NCBI RefSeq assembly: GCF_902713615.1
Contig: NC_052149.1
Coordinates: 15,294,260 to 15,358,259 of the forward strand
Length of the DNA stretch: 64,000 nt
Direction of reading: 5' to 3'
Origin: Scyliorhinus canicula
Taxonomy: Eukaryota
The notes beneath the pieces are model-generated. The model was given only the letters and a program-made list of their open reading frames with translations, was not told the DNA's origin and did not search any database. The translations under genes and the position numbers were made by a program. Below, piece after piece: positions 12,436-24,224 of this stretch (position 1 is its first letter; the number at the start of each line of letters is the position of its first letter).

Positions 12436-14140
12436 ATGGCCAATCCACCGAACCTGCACATCTTTGGGCTGTGGGAGGAAACCGGAGCATCCGGAGGAAA
12501 CCCACGCACACACGGGGCGAACGTGCAGATTCCGCACTGGCAGTGACCCAAGCCGGGAGTCGAACCTGGGACCCTGGAGCTGCGAAGCAACAGTGCTAAC
12601 CACTGTGATACCGCGCTGCCCTAAAGGTATCAATATGCAAGTGCCTCCAATCAAAAATGAATAAGGTGCCCAGCTTGTGATGAACGGCATAATTACTCAC
12701 ATCAAACTCCGTCGCCGTTACAGCTGCACCATATCAGTCGCAATTGGAGTGGTCGGAGTTACAGGAACAACCTCCGCCATTTTCTCCACCGTGGAGCCCC
12801 TTGAAGGCTGGGAGTCTGTCCCGGTATTTCTATCCATGGGTTTCTTTCCCCTGATCTTTCTTGGCATCACTTTAAAGTGGACACCTTATATTATCTCATG
12901 GATGGAACATCGAGAAAAAATAACCATCGAAATCGGGCAAAAAAAGGCCGAAAATCAAGAACCCTATCGGGGGCTACCTAGTGCGCGACCTCCTTCAACA
13001 TGCCGCCACTGGAACTCAGACATAATTATTCCCATCAACAAAGCACACCTTAATGACAGTAAAATAATCCCAAACAGCAACGGCCTCTATTTTTCAGCAG
13101 CTCAGTTCCCTGCGTAGACTGACTAGTGCCAGTTTCGTTGGCCAGGTCATGCCACTAGCCAACATCAGAATTGCAGATATTTGGCGAGGGCAGTGAACGA
13201 GAGTGTTTGTTGGTCACACAGGTAGACATGGAGGCTTTTCCCCAAATGCAGATTATCTGGGTTGTTGACTGAATACGTTAACTATCCACAGCCTTTCGAA
13301 ATGAATAGGGGCTGGTTTAGCACACTGGGCTAAACCGCTGGCTTTTAAAGCAGACCAAGGCAGGCCAGCAGCACGGTTCAATTCCCGTAACAACCTCCCC
13401 GGACAGGCGCCGGAATGTGGCGACTAGGGGCTTTTCACAGTAACTTCATTTGAAGCCTACTTGCGACAATAAGCGATTTTCATTTTCATTTCATTCGTAA
13501 TAGCTGGTCATTTCCGCAAAAACTGTCTCAATGTTTCTACTGCGTTCGTGAACTGTATATAAAAAAATTTGGAGGATACTGTTATATTACTTGTTTGTAA
13601 TATGTCGTTACACTTTGCTTTACTTGCAGAATGGTCTGATGGTTAGATTTCAATGAAACTACCTATCTTCAATTCAAAGCAAAATAGATTTAATGAATAA
13701 CCATTTAAATATTAATGATGAAATGAGTTTTTCACTCTTACAGAACTAACGCTGGTGATAAAGTAAATCAGAATAAGTATTAACTAGATTTGACTGTAAG
13801 TATTAACTATGCTATAACTTCTGTCTCTCTAACTGTTGTGTAGTCACTCCTGGTTCGAAGAGGGCCAAGATCCTTTGAGATGACACATTTGTACATGAAT
13901 CTAGTGCTGCCATCTGGCGGTTGTCTTACACCATGATGTAGTTGTTAACTCTTTATATACCAGCAAATATACATATCACTGCAGGTACTATTCTGTAATC
14001 TTTTAGGTTCATGTGGCTCTTTCACAAATCTGTCACATGTTGAAGAGAACATTCAAATTAGGAGCAGGATCAGGTCACTCAGCCAATTGAGACAGTATCG
14101 CCATTCAATAAGACCGTGGCTGATCTGAAGAGCAACTTAC

Positions 14141-14257
14141 GAGTATCTGAACTGACATTCTGCTGCTCTTGGCCTCTTTGTTCCTGAGCTGTCCCTGCAG
14201 ACGAACTTGCGTCGCTTCAACAGACTTTGAAAGTTGCTTTACAAAGCAAGAACGATC
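14141..14257 (-). CDS. ODF2L: ODF2L-like coding exon 9
   Basis: 117 bp AG/GT. DRSCFVKQLSKSVEATQVRLQGQLRNKEAKSSRMSVQIL resembles recalled ODF2 LSKSMESMRGHLQAQLRSKEAENSRL. Confidence 0.88.
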
Positions 14258-14602
14258 CTGGAGACAAAGTGGGATGTGGTTAAAAAGCATTCCTCACCCG
14301 TGGTGAATCATTATTCGTTTCCAATAAAGTAAAAAGAATTCTTTAAAAAAAATAAAAATTTAGAGTAGCCAATTCATTTTTTCCCAATTAAGGAGCAATT
14401 TAGCGTGGCCAATCCACCTACCCTGCACATCTTTGGGCTGTGGGGGCGAAACCCACGCAAACACGGGGAGAATGTGCAAACTCCACACGGACAGTGACCC
14501 AGGGCCGGGATTCGAACCCGGGTCCTCGGTGCCGGAGGCAGCAATGCTAACCACTGTGCCACCATACTGCCCCAGGTAAAAAGAATTCTGATATCCTTGT
14601 AC

Positions 14603-14674
14603 CTTTTCCGTCTGACATTGCTCCGAAAATTCTTTAGCATTTGTCTCGATGTCCAGGAGTTTTCTTTTTAAATG
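14603..14674 (-). CDS. ODF2L: ODF2L-like coding exon 8
   Basis: 72 bp AG/GT; HLKRKLLDIETNAKEFSEQCQTEK. Confidence 0.8.
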
Positions 14675-14822
14675 CTGTAAAAGTTTTTTTTTTAAACGGA
14701 AAATCAAGAGTCATTTTTATGCAAAGCCAGTCATAAATATGAAACCACTCTTCTGTGTGTACTTTTAACGTAATACAAATTAACTTGATTCTATTTAGGA
14801 ATGAAGAGTGTGAACTACTTGC

Positions 14823-14897
14823 AGTATTTTCAGTTTCACATCTGGTCAGCTTCTGTGTCAACACTTCCAGCTGTCTGCTAGCACAATCCAGGCAGGG
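14823..14897 (-). CDS. ODF2L: ODF2L-like coding exon 7 (GC donor)
   Basis: ttctag|CCC TGC... PCLDCASRQLEVLTQKLTRCETENT, donor ACT|GCAAGT; 75 bp, phase 0-0. Resembles recalled ODF2L ...LTDNESENT. Confidence 0.72.
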
Positions 14898-15045
14898 CTA
14901 GAAAGATAAGCTGCCATTAGCATGAGGGCTCACATTCCCAACAAAGTAGAGATACTGACTGCAACCGCCTGAAAATTCCACCATGCGGGCAATTTATCCA
15001 CGCATTTACAACAACTTTGGAAAGCCAAGCTCAAATAAAAATCTT

Positions 15046-15750
15046 GGGCGACGGGTCGGAGAATAGCGGGAGGGCCTTCCCGACATTTTTCCCGCCCTCC
15101 CGCTATTCTCCCCCACCCCCCGCCCAACTCCCGACCCGAATCGCTGCCGCCGTTTTTTTACGGCCGGCAGCGATTCACAGCTGTTCGATGGGCCGAAGTC
15201 CCAGCCCTTTACGCCGTTTTTACGAACGGCAAACACACCTGGTCTGGCCGTTCGTAAAAACGGCGTCACAAACTCGCTTTTCATAACCATGGCACCGATT
15301 GGCACGGCAGTACCACGGCCGTGCCAAGGGTGCCATGGGCCCGCGATTGGTGGGCACCGATCGCGGGCAGCGGGCCCAATGCCCGCGCACTCTTTCTCCT
15401 TCCGCCGCCCCGCAGTATCCATTCGCGGGGCGGCTGAGGGGCAACCGGGCCCGCGCATGCGCGGGTTTCGCGTAAATACGCGATGATGTCATCCGCGCAT
15501 GCGCGGGTTGGAGTCTTCCAATCCGCGCATGCGCGGCTGACGTCATATGACGCGTCAGCCGGCGCTAACTCCGGCAAGCGGGCTTAACGATATTCGTTAA
15601 GCCCGTCATGCCGGAGCCTACGGCGTCGGGCTGCTAGCCCCGACCAGGGACCAGAATCGGTTCCCGGTCGGGAAGGGGCGCGCTGGCGTCAAACCCGCCC
15701 GGGTTTGACGCCAGCCTTACGATTTCTCCCGTTTTGGGAGAATCGCGCCC
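15046..15750. mobile_element. PIF/Harbinger-like MITE, copy 1 (left end partly deleted)
   Basis: Starts GGGCG, ends GGAGAATCGCGCCC, 3-bp TSD CTT; near-identical to 40504-41227. Confidence 0.85.
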
Positions 15751-16036
15751 CTTTACTTTACAAATTATTCCCCTTCCTGTGAGGGCAGAGCAACTCGCGT
15801 CTCTCTCAAGAAAACAACTCAACTCAACAGTCCCTCTGCAATCCAGGAAATGGTTTAAAGGATAGATCCCGGAACGCAAGTAACATCGACCCTCGAGGTT
15901 TACGGTTTTCAAAGGGCTCCATTTTTACCTACCAAATTGTTATAAAGAGAAAAGGAAACAAGTTTTATTGGTCTCTCTCTCTCTCTCTTTGTATTTTCTC
16001 TACTCTTGACGACCTCCCTACCCTGTTTATCCTGAT

Positions 16037-16340
16037 CTGTGTGTTGCACGGGTGGAACAAACCATTATAAGGGGATATAAATTTAAGGTGAATGGTGGAA
16101 GATATAGGGGGGATGTCAGAGGTAGGTTCTTTACCCAGAGAGTAGTGGGGGCATGGAATGCACTGCCTGTGGAAGTAGTTGAGTCGGAAACATTAGGGGC
16201 CTTCAAGCGGCTATTGGATAGGTACATGGATTACGGTAGAATGATGAGGTGTAGATTAATTTGTTCTTAATCTAGGACAAATGTTCGGCACAACATCGTG
16301 GGCCGAAGGGCCTGTTCCTGTTCTGTATTTTTCTATGTTT
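16037..16340 (+). mobile_element. CR1 LINE 3' end
   Basis: RGDVRGRFFTQRVVGAWNALP peptide plus the CR1-type tail GGCCGAAGGGCCTGTT. Confidence 0.75.
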
Positions 16341-16555
16341 TCCTTGCCTGCCTCTCGATCGGCAAATCTGCGACTTATCCAGAATGTGACAATCCCGGGG
16401 ACCTTTCCTCATGACTGAATTAAGGCGTCCAACGCAGTGCCATTTTGCTGTATTTTCAGATCAGTCTCACCACTGGTACGTTGCTGCTTCAGAGGCCCAA
16501 CTGCATTAGAAGTCATATTACTGATGATTTTTTGTGGCGACGGTGTTCCTCTTAC

Positions 16556-16687
16556 CTCTGGCCTCCGTAACTCCCTCAAGAGATATTGCAACTTTTGGTT
16601 CGCAGCCTCGAAATTCCCCAGCTCCTCCAAAAGCAAGTCTTTTTCTCCGGCAAACCTGCCAAGCCCCGAGGCTGAAAGTTGATTCAC
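16556..16687 (-). CDS. ODF2L: ODF2L-like coding exon 6
   Basis: 132 bp AG/GT. VNQLSASGLGRFAGEKDLLLEELGNFEAANQKLQYLLRELRRPE resembles recalled ODF2 QKELLLQKLSTFEETNRTLRDLLREQ. Confidence 0.88.
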
Positions 16688-18024
16688 CTGCAAAGATGGA
16701 AAGACACACAGATTTATATAGTTATATAGACCTTGCAGCGCAGAAACAGGTCACTGGGTCATGCCAATGTTTATGCGCCACACCAGACTCCTCCCTTCAA
16801 CGGTATTAACATGTTCTGCTCCTCCCCTTTTCCGTGGTATAGTTATCTAGCCTCTCCAGATCATAAGCAGTAGGAGCAGGATAGGCCATTCAACCTATTC
16901 AGGCCAGCCGTGATCTTTGGCAACATGGTCCCAACTCCACTTTCCTGTCTGCTCCCCACAACCTTGGGTCCCAGGTTCGATTCCCGGTTTGGGTCACTGC
17001 CTGTGCGGAGTCTGCACGTTCTCCCTGGGTCTACGTGGGTTTCCTCCGGGTGCTCCGGTTTCCCCCCACAAGTCCCGTGAAAACGTGCTGTTAGCGACCG
17101 TGCTGTTTGGCGAATTGGGCATTGTGTATTCTCCCTCCGAACAGGCACCGGAATGTGGCGACTAGGGGCTTTTCACAGTAACTTCATTGCAGTGTTAATG
17201 TGACAATAATAAAGATTATTAGATTATTATTATTATGGAGCCCTTGAGCTCAGGGAGGTCCCATAAGTGCATCTTCTATACATAAAAGTAGCAATCTTTA
17301 TTGGAGACCTACAAACAACACAAACACATATCACTACAGACTATCTGGAGACCACAAGAAAGAAAAGGGACCTCTGCAAAATTAAGATAGACCCCGGGAG
17401 CAAAGACTGGAAAGCTGGACTAGCTGAGAATGATGATGGTTCCCCTGTTACTTCACAAACAACAGAAAATCATTGAATAATGCTAGAGACAGACACTTTT
17501 ATTAGCTAATATTACCCTCAGATTATTACTTTGCTTTCAAGTAGCGATGTTGTAAAATAGTGAACACAAAATCCCGAGAAAATTCATCACTCAGCATATT
17601 CTCACTAGCCACTCCAAACCAGTTGCTAGGGTAAAAAACACTTACTGAATTGCCTCTCCACCCACTGGAATGAATAAAAACCCGACAGAAGCACCGCCAA
17701 CCACGACAAATGTTGCCTGAAAGCATTCACTCTCCCTCCCTCCCACACCATCTCTGCCCCATCCATCACCATCACTCCTCTCACATATACCTATCTCTAT
17801 ACCTATTCGCAAAGCCCCCTCCCCTTATCTCACCACCTCTGTCGCTCTCTCCCTCTATGCCCTCCCCGAGAACCAGTCTCCCTTATTCCCTCCTTTCTCG
17901 ACTCCTTGTCTCTCAACCCTCTGTAGCCCAGTTCTAGACTCCTCATATACATCAACATCAGGGTCGAGCCGTGCATTCTGAGACTGTGGCACATTAAGAT
18001 CACTGAGGGATTTCACTGCCGTAC

Positions 18025-18115
18025 CTGTATTAATTCAGTAATAGAATTCTTAAGAGTTGCAACTTGTTCTGCTACAGATATTGATGCTGTTTCAGCAAGG
18101 TTTTTCTTTTCCAGC
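18025..18115 (-). CDS. ODF2L: ODF2L-like coding exon 5
   Basis: ttacttag|G CTG GAA... LEKKNLAETASISVAEQVATLKNSITELIQ, donor CAG|GTACGG; phase 2->0. Resembles recalled ODF2 AAKQVMALKDTIGKL. Confidence 0.8.
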
Positions 18116-19039
18116 CTAAGTAATGGCAAAAGCCACATTAGAAGAAGGTTATAAGTACACAATTATTTGCAATTCTTGATGCAACTCATCTGAGGCCTGA
18201 AATGACTTTAAACTATCTCCATTTAACATATTCCAATAAAGCATTAGCAACATCCAAACTGCAAACTGGAAGCCACGGCAATTTGGTCTAGAGAGTCAGG
18301 TTAATTCCCTATACTTGATAGTTGGTCTTGTTCGAATTTGCACGATATTTAAATAGGGGTGCAAAAATGTTACAGTAGCTTTGTTGGGAGACTTGAATTA
18401 TTCAAATATACTCTGGGATAGTCATAGTGCAAAGGGCAGAAAGGGGAGCAAGACCTTTCGGGCATGTCCAGGAAATGTTTCTGCAGTTGTATGTATCGGT
18501 TGCAATGCGAAATGAGGATCTGCTGCACCTGGTTCTTAGGAATGAGATGAGCCCAGTATCAGTGATCATTCCAGGACCAGATCTAGGCTGACTATGGAAT
18601 AGGACAAGGAGCAATCCAAACTGGAGGGGGAAATCCAACTTCAATGGGGTAGGAACAGATCTGGGTCAAACAAATTGGAGTCAAAAGTTGACAGAAGAAA
18701 TGGTAGCAGTGCAATGGCTATCGTCAAAGAGGAGATAGGTCAGGTACAGTCAAGGTATATTCCCGTAAAACAAATCCAGAGCTCCCTAGATGAGAAAAGA
18801 GTTAGAAATTAAGATAAAAGAAGAAAAAGCACCATGACAGGAGCTACGTGGGAAATACAATTGCAAACCAAGTTGAATATAGAAGGTTCAGAGGGGAGGA
18901 GAAAAAGCAAATGAGAGAGGCAAACAGGGAGTATGAAAAGAGACTGGCAGTTAACATAAAAGGAAATCCCAAGTCTTCTATAGGAAAGGGCCTTTTCTGT
19001 GCTGTAGACCTCTAAATCTCTGAAAGATTTCAGTTCCAC

Positions 19040-19460
19040 TGCCATAGTCGGGAATAAGATGAAAGCATTTTACAGTTTGTAGCGTCTTTTAGAAGATTAG
19101 CTAAATCTTGTGAATTTGATAAAACACCTGATGACACTCTGTGAGACAGGCTGGTTTGTGGATTCCGCAATGAAGCTATTCAGAGGAAGCTACTCACTGC
19201 AAGTGATTTAACTCTAAAGGATTTAACTCTGAGGAAGTTGCCACAACTATGGAGCAAGCAATGAGAGAAGCTTCACAGAGAAGATAGAGATCTCGAGGAA
19301 CAAGACTGCAAAGATGCAACCAAGCCATCATTGCACACAGGTTTGACACTCAGCGAGGAAATAGTGAATTAAATCGAATACATACAAGAACATTGGCAAG
19401 AAGGGTCACATTGCCGAGGTGTGTTAGGCTCAGAAAATCTCTCCTGCACCAAGAAAGTGC
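19040..19460 (+). pseudogene. Degraded Ty3/Gypsy gag fragment
   Basis: Reads DRLVCGFRNEAIQRKLLTASDLTL around 19145-19215, with frameshifts and stops; adjacent to degraded CR1 ORF2 sequence at about 18350-18985. Confidence 0.55.
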
Positions 19461-20856
19461 AAGAAGAAGAATACAGTCTGTTTATTCCCTTATTTCTCCT
19501 TCCTTTCATTTTTGGCATTACGTTTTGGTCCATGGATGATTAATGGACTTTGAGGCAAGTAGCCTGTAAGCAGCCTGTATCTTTAATTCAAACAGAAGAA
19601 TCCAAAAGCTGTTTAAACAGGAGATTGCAGACTGGCCGGCAGCAGTGGGAGAGAGCTGGGTTCAGACTCGGTTTGATTGATTGGCTGCTGGCCAATGCAT
19701 TGGCTCAAAAGGCTGTGCTCTGTCTGGTAACAGGTGGTGATTGGATACTATTCCACTGGGATACTATTCCACTGGGATGTTTTCTGAGTCCCTAAATTTC
19801 ATTTTGGTTTCAGTTTGACTCCTGGCAGCTCCGAGGAAGGTCTGGCATCATCTCCTCTCGGATTCTTCCTACAGAAAGGCCGTGTTTCTGAACTGGACGA
19901 GAGTCTGAATGAATCTATGTGCAGGCAGAGTTCAGAACCGAATAATTCATCACTGACTTCGCAAGGACAGTTAGGTTTGGGCAAGAAAACGGCAGCACGG
20001 TTACGCAGTGGTTAGCATTGCTGCCTATGGCACTGAGGACCCGGGCTCGAATCCCGGCCCTGGGTCACTGTCCGTATGGAGTTTGCCCATTCTCCCCGTG
20101 TCTGCATGAGTTTAGCCCCCACAACCCAAAGATGTGCAGGGTAGGTGGATTGGCCACACTAAATTGCCCCTTAATTGGAAAAAATAATTGGGTACTCTAA
20201 ATTTATTTATTTATTTTTTTTAAAAGGTTTGGGCAAGAAATGCTGGCCTGGCGTAAAATAAAGAATAAAATTGTAACTGATTAAGAAGAAGGATTCCCAG
20301 CTTTGTGGAGCCATTTACAACCTCAGGACATCCCAATGCTGTTTACAACCAGCTAATTGCTTCTGGAGCATTGCCACTGTGGTAATGTAGGGAAACATTG
20401 CAACTAATTCTGTGCACAGCAATCCCCCCACAACAAGCAGCTACGAGACGGATGACCAATTAAACTGCCTTGGTGATGTTAGACAGAGGATACATGTCAG
20501 CCAGGACACAGGGAGAACTTAGGATCAGCAGTAGTCCATTCGTCCCTTCCAGCTGGACAACAAATTGCATCATAGCGTCTTTTAATCCACACACATATGG
20601 AAAGTGATCGGTATTTGTTTCCTCGTATGGACTGCAATCAATGAGGTCAATTGTTTCTGTAACTCTAAAATTGCAATCATCTAATTTAAGTAAAATGAAT
20701 ACAGCTGAAAACAAAACACCAGCACTGTTTGACGTTAAGATATTACCACGTTATTAAAGGGTTAACACATTGGTTAAAATAGCAGGCAACATAATTTGAT
20801 ATGAACATTAACGTCGTAACATCTCACAAAAGGCAGTCAAACAGTTAATTAGTTAC

Positions 20857-21056
20857 CCTCGCAAGTTCAGCTCTTTCTGTAACTTTTCAAAACTCTCCTG
20901 AAAAGTCCTAATTTTTTCAGTAGTTCGACGAAGCTCTTGTGTTTCAGCTTCGTGTTGTTCAGTTGTCCAACTTGATGTGCTCGCTCCATCCTCAAAGCGT
21001 TCATTTGTTGGGTGCCCTGAAAGCTGAACAATTCCCGTCGACAATATGCGTGACAG
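20857..21056 (-). CDS. ODF2L: ODF2L-like coding exon 4
   Basis: ttttgtag|CTG TCA CGC... LSRILSTGIVQ...IRTFQESFEKLQKELNLR, donor GG|GTAACT; 200 bp, phase 0->2. Confidence 0.78.
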
Positions 21057-21305
21057 CTACAAAAACAAATAACCAAAAATGTGCAGTCAACAGTGAAATG
21101 GACAAAATGATCTTGAATGTGGTTCTATGTCTTTTTGGTACAAGAACTGAAAGTGCCCTTTTGCCAAGCTCAGTTTCTGATTCGACCCCCTTGCAGCAGG
21201 CCCATGTGGAAAGGGCAGCTCATTAGCTGGAAGTATGGGTGTTAACGTTGTACAAGATCTCATCGTCTAACACCAACACTTTTCATGAAAAGGTCAAATA
21301 CTTAC

Positions 21306-21339
21306 TTCATTTTTCAAACCCTCTAAATCTTCCAGTAAG
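21306..21339 (-). CDS. ODF2L: ODF2L-like coding exon 3, 3' part (split by provirus)
   Basis: After removing the provirus and one TSD it reads ...GAC AG|C TTA CTG GAA GAT TTA GAG GGT TTG AAA AAT GAA|GTAAGT (IDSLLEDLEGLKNE; recalled ODF2 IDSLMNAVGCLKSE). Confidence 0.85.
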
Positions 21340-21343
21340 CTGT

Positions 21344-22156
21344 TGTAGCCATGCTGGCCACGCAAAATGGACACTGAGCCAAACTAAAATGGAAGGCTGC
21401 TGAGAAACAGACAGTTCAGCCAGAACAGCAGTCTGCAAAGAGCAGTTTGCATTCTGCAGCAGCAGAAACCAGTTTGGGCTCAGGTGAAGAGACCTTAGCT
21501 AGGTGCAAATGGCAAAACGCTTTGCATGCTAATGAGGCCATCAGACTTGAACACCCACACAATAGATACATTTGGTTCTGAATGGACACATTCCAATCAA
21601 GACCCAGACATCGAGGCACCAGAAACCTCCGAACAAAAGGACATAAGAAACGCCCCCTCCATCACGGAGACCCCCTCGCATTGGGGAATTAATCCAGTAT
21701 CGATAAGAAATTGATCCAATAGGTAGAGCCCGCCCGGGAAGAGGGAAGGACAACGGAACCCCTATAAAAGATAGGGACCTCGTGTTGTCCGGTCTGTTAA
21801 ACCTGTGCTCCGGCCTCGACTGACACCTGGTACCCTGACTCCAGCCGTTGAGCACCAGCCGCCGAAACCGTAAGTTCAACGCTCGCTACGCGATCCAAGC
21901 CCGCTAGACTCCCAAGTGCCAGAACGCTTGCTGAAGGCTGCAGACAAAACCAGGACGAAGGCCTCGTTCTCTGACCTTGCCTGTTCCTGTTAGATAAGTA
22001 TTCTGTTTGCTTATGTTTAGTTGTAGCTTAGTCTCTTAGTGTGTGTGCATGAGTATTTATTATTAACTGTATAATAAATATTGATCGTTTGAACTTGACT
22101 AATCGGTGTATCGTCTTTATTACTTTGAACCCTTGAGGACCTGTGTTTCGTGCACA
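21344..22156 (+). repeat. 5' LTR (short U5)
   Basis: 21344-22129 matches 30073-30858 except C21833/T30562. CCAAT 21716, GC box near 21728, TATAAAA 21763, donor GTAAGT 21870, AATAAA 22073. Ends CGTGCACA just before the PBS. Confidence 0.9.
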
Positions 22157-22161
22157 TTTAG

Positions 22162-22180
22162 TGGCGACATCCGCCGGGAC
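22162..22180 (+). promoter_or_regulatory. Primer binding site, tRNA-Arg(UCU)-like
   Basis: TGGCGACATCCGCCGGGAC equals the complement of the recalled vertebrate tRNA-Arg(UCU) 3' end (TGGCGACTCCGCCGGGAC) plus one extra A. Confidence 0.75.
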
Positions 22181-22475
22181 CCTGTTGTAAGTGGAAACAC
22201 CACAGTGTTCAGGACCCTGAAATTTGAATTAGAACTCCAAATTGCAGAGAAATAAAGAGATCACAAGTATTCAAGGTGTTCAAAATAATAAGCGAAATTC
22301 GGAAGTGTGTTTTAGTGCATGCGTACTAACAGGGCTGTAAGGTAAAACTGAAAGCTTTTTGTTGCGACAAACTTTCGGTAGTTTTGTAATCGGAAAATAG
22401 CGTAAGCCGTACCCTTTTTCGAAACACCACCCCAGCAACCCCCTGTTCCAAATTATAAAAAGAGAGTCAGAGGAA

Positions 22476-24224
22476 ATGGCCATGCAGGCAATGGAACGCC
22501 TGATGGATCCAGCAAAGTTTGTGGTCGCAGCGACCAGCAGCAGTAGCAGAGTAGGCCAGTGTCCCACGTGGGAGCTGGAACTCCGCAAATATCTGCAGGG
22601 AAAGGGATGGCCCCTTTGGAAAGAGTTTTGTGCAAATGAGGAGACAGGTCCCGGAAGTATAGGTCATACTTGGTGGGAGAACCTCTCTCAGATACACAAA
22701 AAGAGTTTAAGTAAAGCACGCAAGCCGATGGCGATTGTGTCCTGCTTGGCACAGTTGCGAGGCGCAGAGGAGGTTATCAGGACGCTCCGGGCAGATTTAG
22801 AGGAAAGGAACCGAATGAGTAAGGTCGATGTCAGGGACATCGAGAAAGAAAACCTGGATCTTAAAGGGAAGTTGGCAGAGAAGGGTAGAGAGGTGGATGA
22901 TGCCAAGAGGGCTCACCAGTCTTGTCTAGCTCATCTGAACAGTTCCCAGACCCAGTATGAGAAAGCCTATCAGGACGTGCAACGTGCCGTTCTGATAAGA
23001 CAGGAATCGGAAAAGCAGGTGGAGGCATTGCAGAGGCAATGTTCCGATCTCAAAGCAGCTTTGAGAGCACTCCACGCTGCAACGACCGAACAAAGACAAA
23101 GCACAGTTGACCACGCGAAATGCAGAAAACAGATTGCGGAACTGCAATCTCTGCTTTCGGTGCAGAATGGCTTCCAAAGCACCTTTGGAGCACAGTTAGA
23201 TGGGGAAAATGCCCCAGATTGGCAGGAATTAAGCGAGACAGCGCAGCGTTATGTTCAGGGAACATGTGCGCCCGCAGCTCAGCAGAAACGACAGGCACCC
23301 CAACCCCCCACAGCTCAGACCATAACCGCACCCATGAATCCCGTAACCACACAGAGGAAAGCCGAATCAGAAGGCGCCCCAGACATAACTTACACCACCC
23401 CTTTAACAGTAACCCAGCTAAGGGACGCTTGTGAAAAGATCACTCCGTTCCTCCCCACCGCAGACCCCCACCAGTTCTTTGCGAAAGTAAAACAGCAGGC
23501 TACCATGTACGGCCTGGATGAGAGAGAGCAGGTTAAGCTCACCGTGCTGAGCTTAGACCAGAGTGTAGTGGCAGCCCTCCCCGACCCACAAAACGTGGCA
23601 GGAGGCAGCCTAGAGGAGATGCACACTGCTATTTTAGATGCCATCGGGTACAATAGAGGTGACCCCGTAGAAGGCTTGAATAAGTGCAGGCAGAAGAGAT
23701 CTGAACACCCCACAGCATTCGCCGGAAGGCTGTGGATTCACTTCAGCGCAGTTTTCGGACAGCTAGATAGAGCGCATTTAACCCGCGAGAACATGGTTAA
23801 GTGGACGCGCACAATTATCTCACACGCAACAGAAGCAGGACAGAGCGCTTGCAATAATTACGACCCCTCAGAAGAGGCCCATAACGAAAAATGGGTCCTC
23901 AAAAGATTGTCCCGCGCTTGGGAGCAATCGCTTCAGGCAAAAGCAAAGGTTAGATCCCCAGAAGAGGCTCAGGCTGCTGCAGATATCCAAGCAGTCAGAG
24001 AGCACCAGAAGCCCGCATGGGTAAATGAAGGCAAGAGCAGCCCTCAACAGAAAGGACAGGAATGCTATAACTGTGGACAGTTAGGGCATTGGGCAAAAGA
24101 GTGCCAAGCACCCCAGCGATCTCAGAGAGGCCAGCAGACAGGCACTCTGAACCGCAACAAAGCAAAACCAATCCACAATGTAGCAGTACAGTCAGGACCC
24201 ACCAATGTGGACGAGACGAACTGA
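22476..24224 (+). CDS. gag: Gag (582 aa): long coiled coil, capsid-like region, one CCHC zinc knuckle
   Basis: Open ORF after the PBS/leader; CYNCGQLGHWAKEC knuckle; ends in TGA in frame with pol. Confidence 0.92.
   Translation: MAMQAMERLMDPAKFVVAATSSSSRVGQCPTWELELRKYLQGKGWPLWKEFCANEETGPGSIGHTWWENLSQIHKKSLSKARKPMAIVSCLAQLRGAEEVIRTLRADLEERNRMSKVDVRDIEKENLDLKGKLAEKGREVDDAKRAHQSCLAHLNSSQTQYEKAYQDVQRAVLIRQESEKQVEALQRQCSDLKAALRALHAATTEQRQSTVDHAKCRKQIAELQSLLSVQNGFQSTFGAQLDGENAPDWQELSETAQRYVQGTCAPAAQQKRQAPQPPTAQTITAPMNPVTTQRKAESEGAPDITYTTPLTVTQLRDACEKITPFLPTADPHQFFAKVKQQATMYGLDEREQVKLTVLSLDQSVVAALPDPQNVAGGSLEEMHTAILDAIGYNRGDPVEGLNKCRQKRSEHPTAFAGRLWIHFSAVFGQLDRAHLTRENMVKWTRTIISHATEAGQSACNNYDPSEEAHNEKWVLKRLSRAWEQSLQAKAKVRSPEEAQAAADIQAVREHQKPAWVNEGKSSPQQKGQECYNCGQLGHWAKECQAPQRSQRGQQTGTLNRNKAKPIHNVAVQSGPTNVDETN

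Noticed and set aside
21416-21879. Short ORFs duplicated in both LTRs (also 30145-30608)
   Set aside because: Identity only reflects LTR duplication; no recognisable domains.
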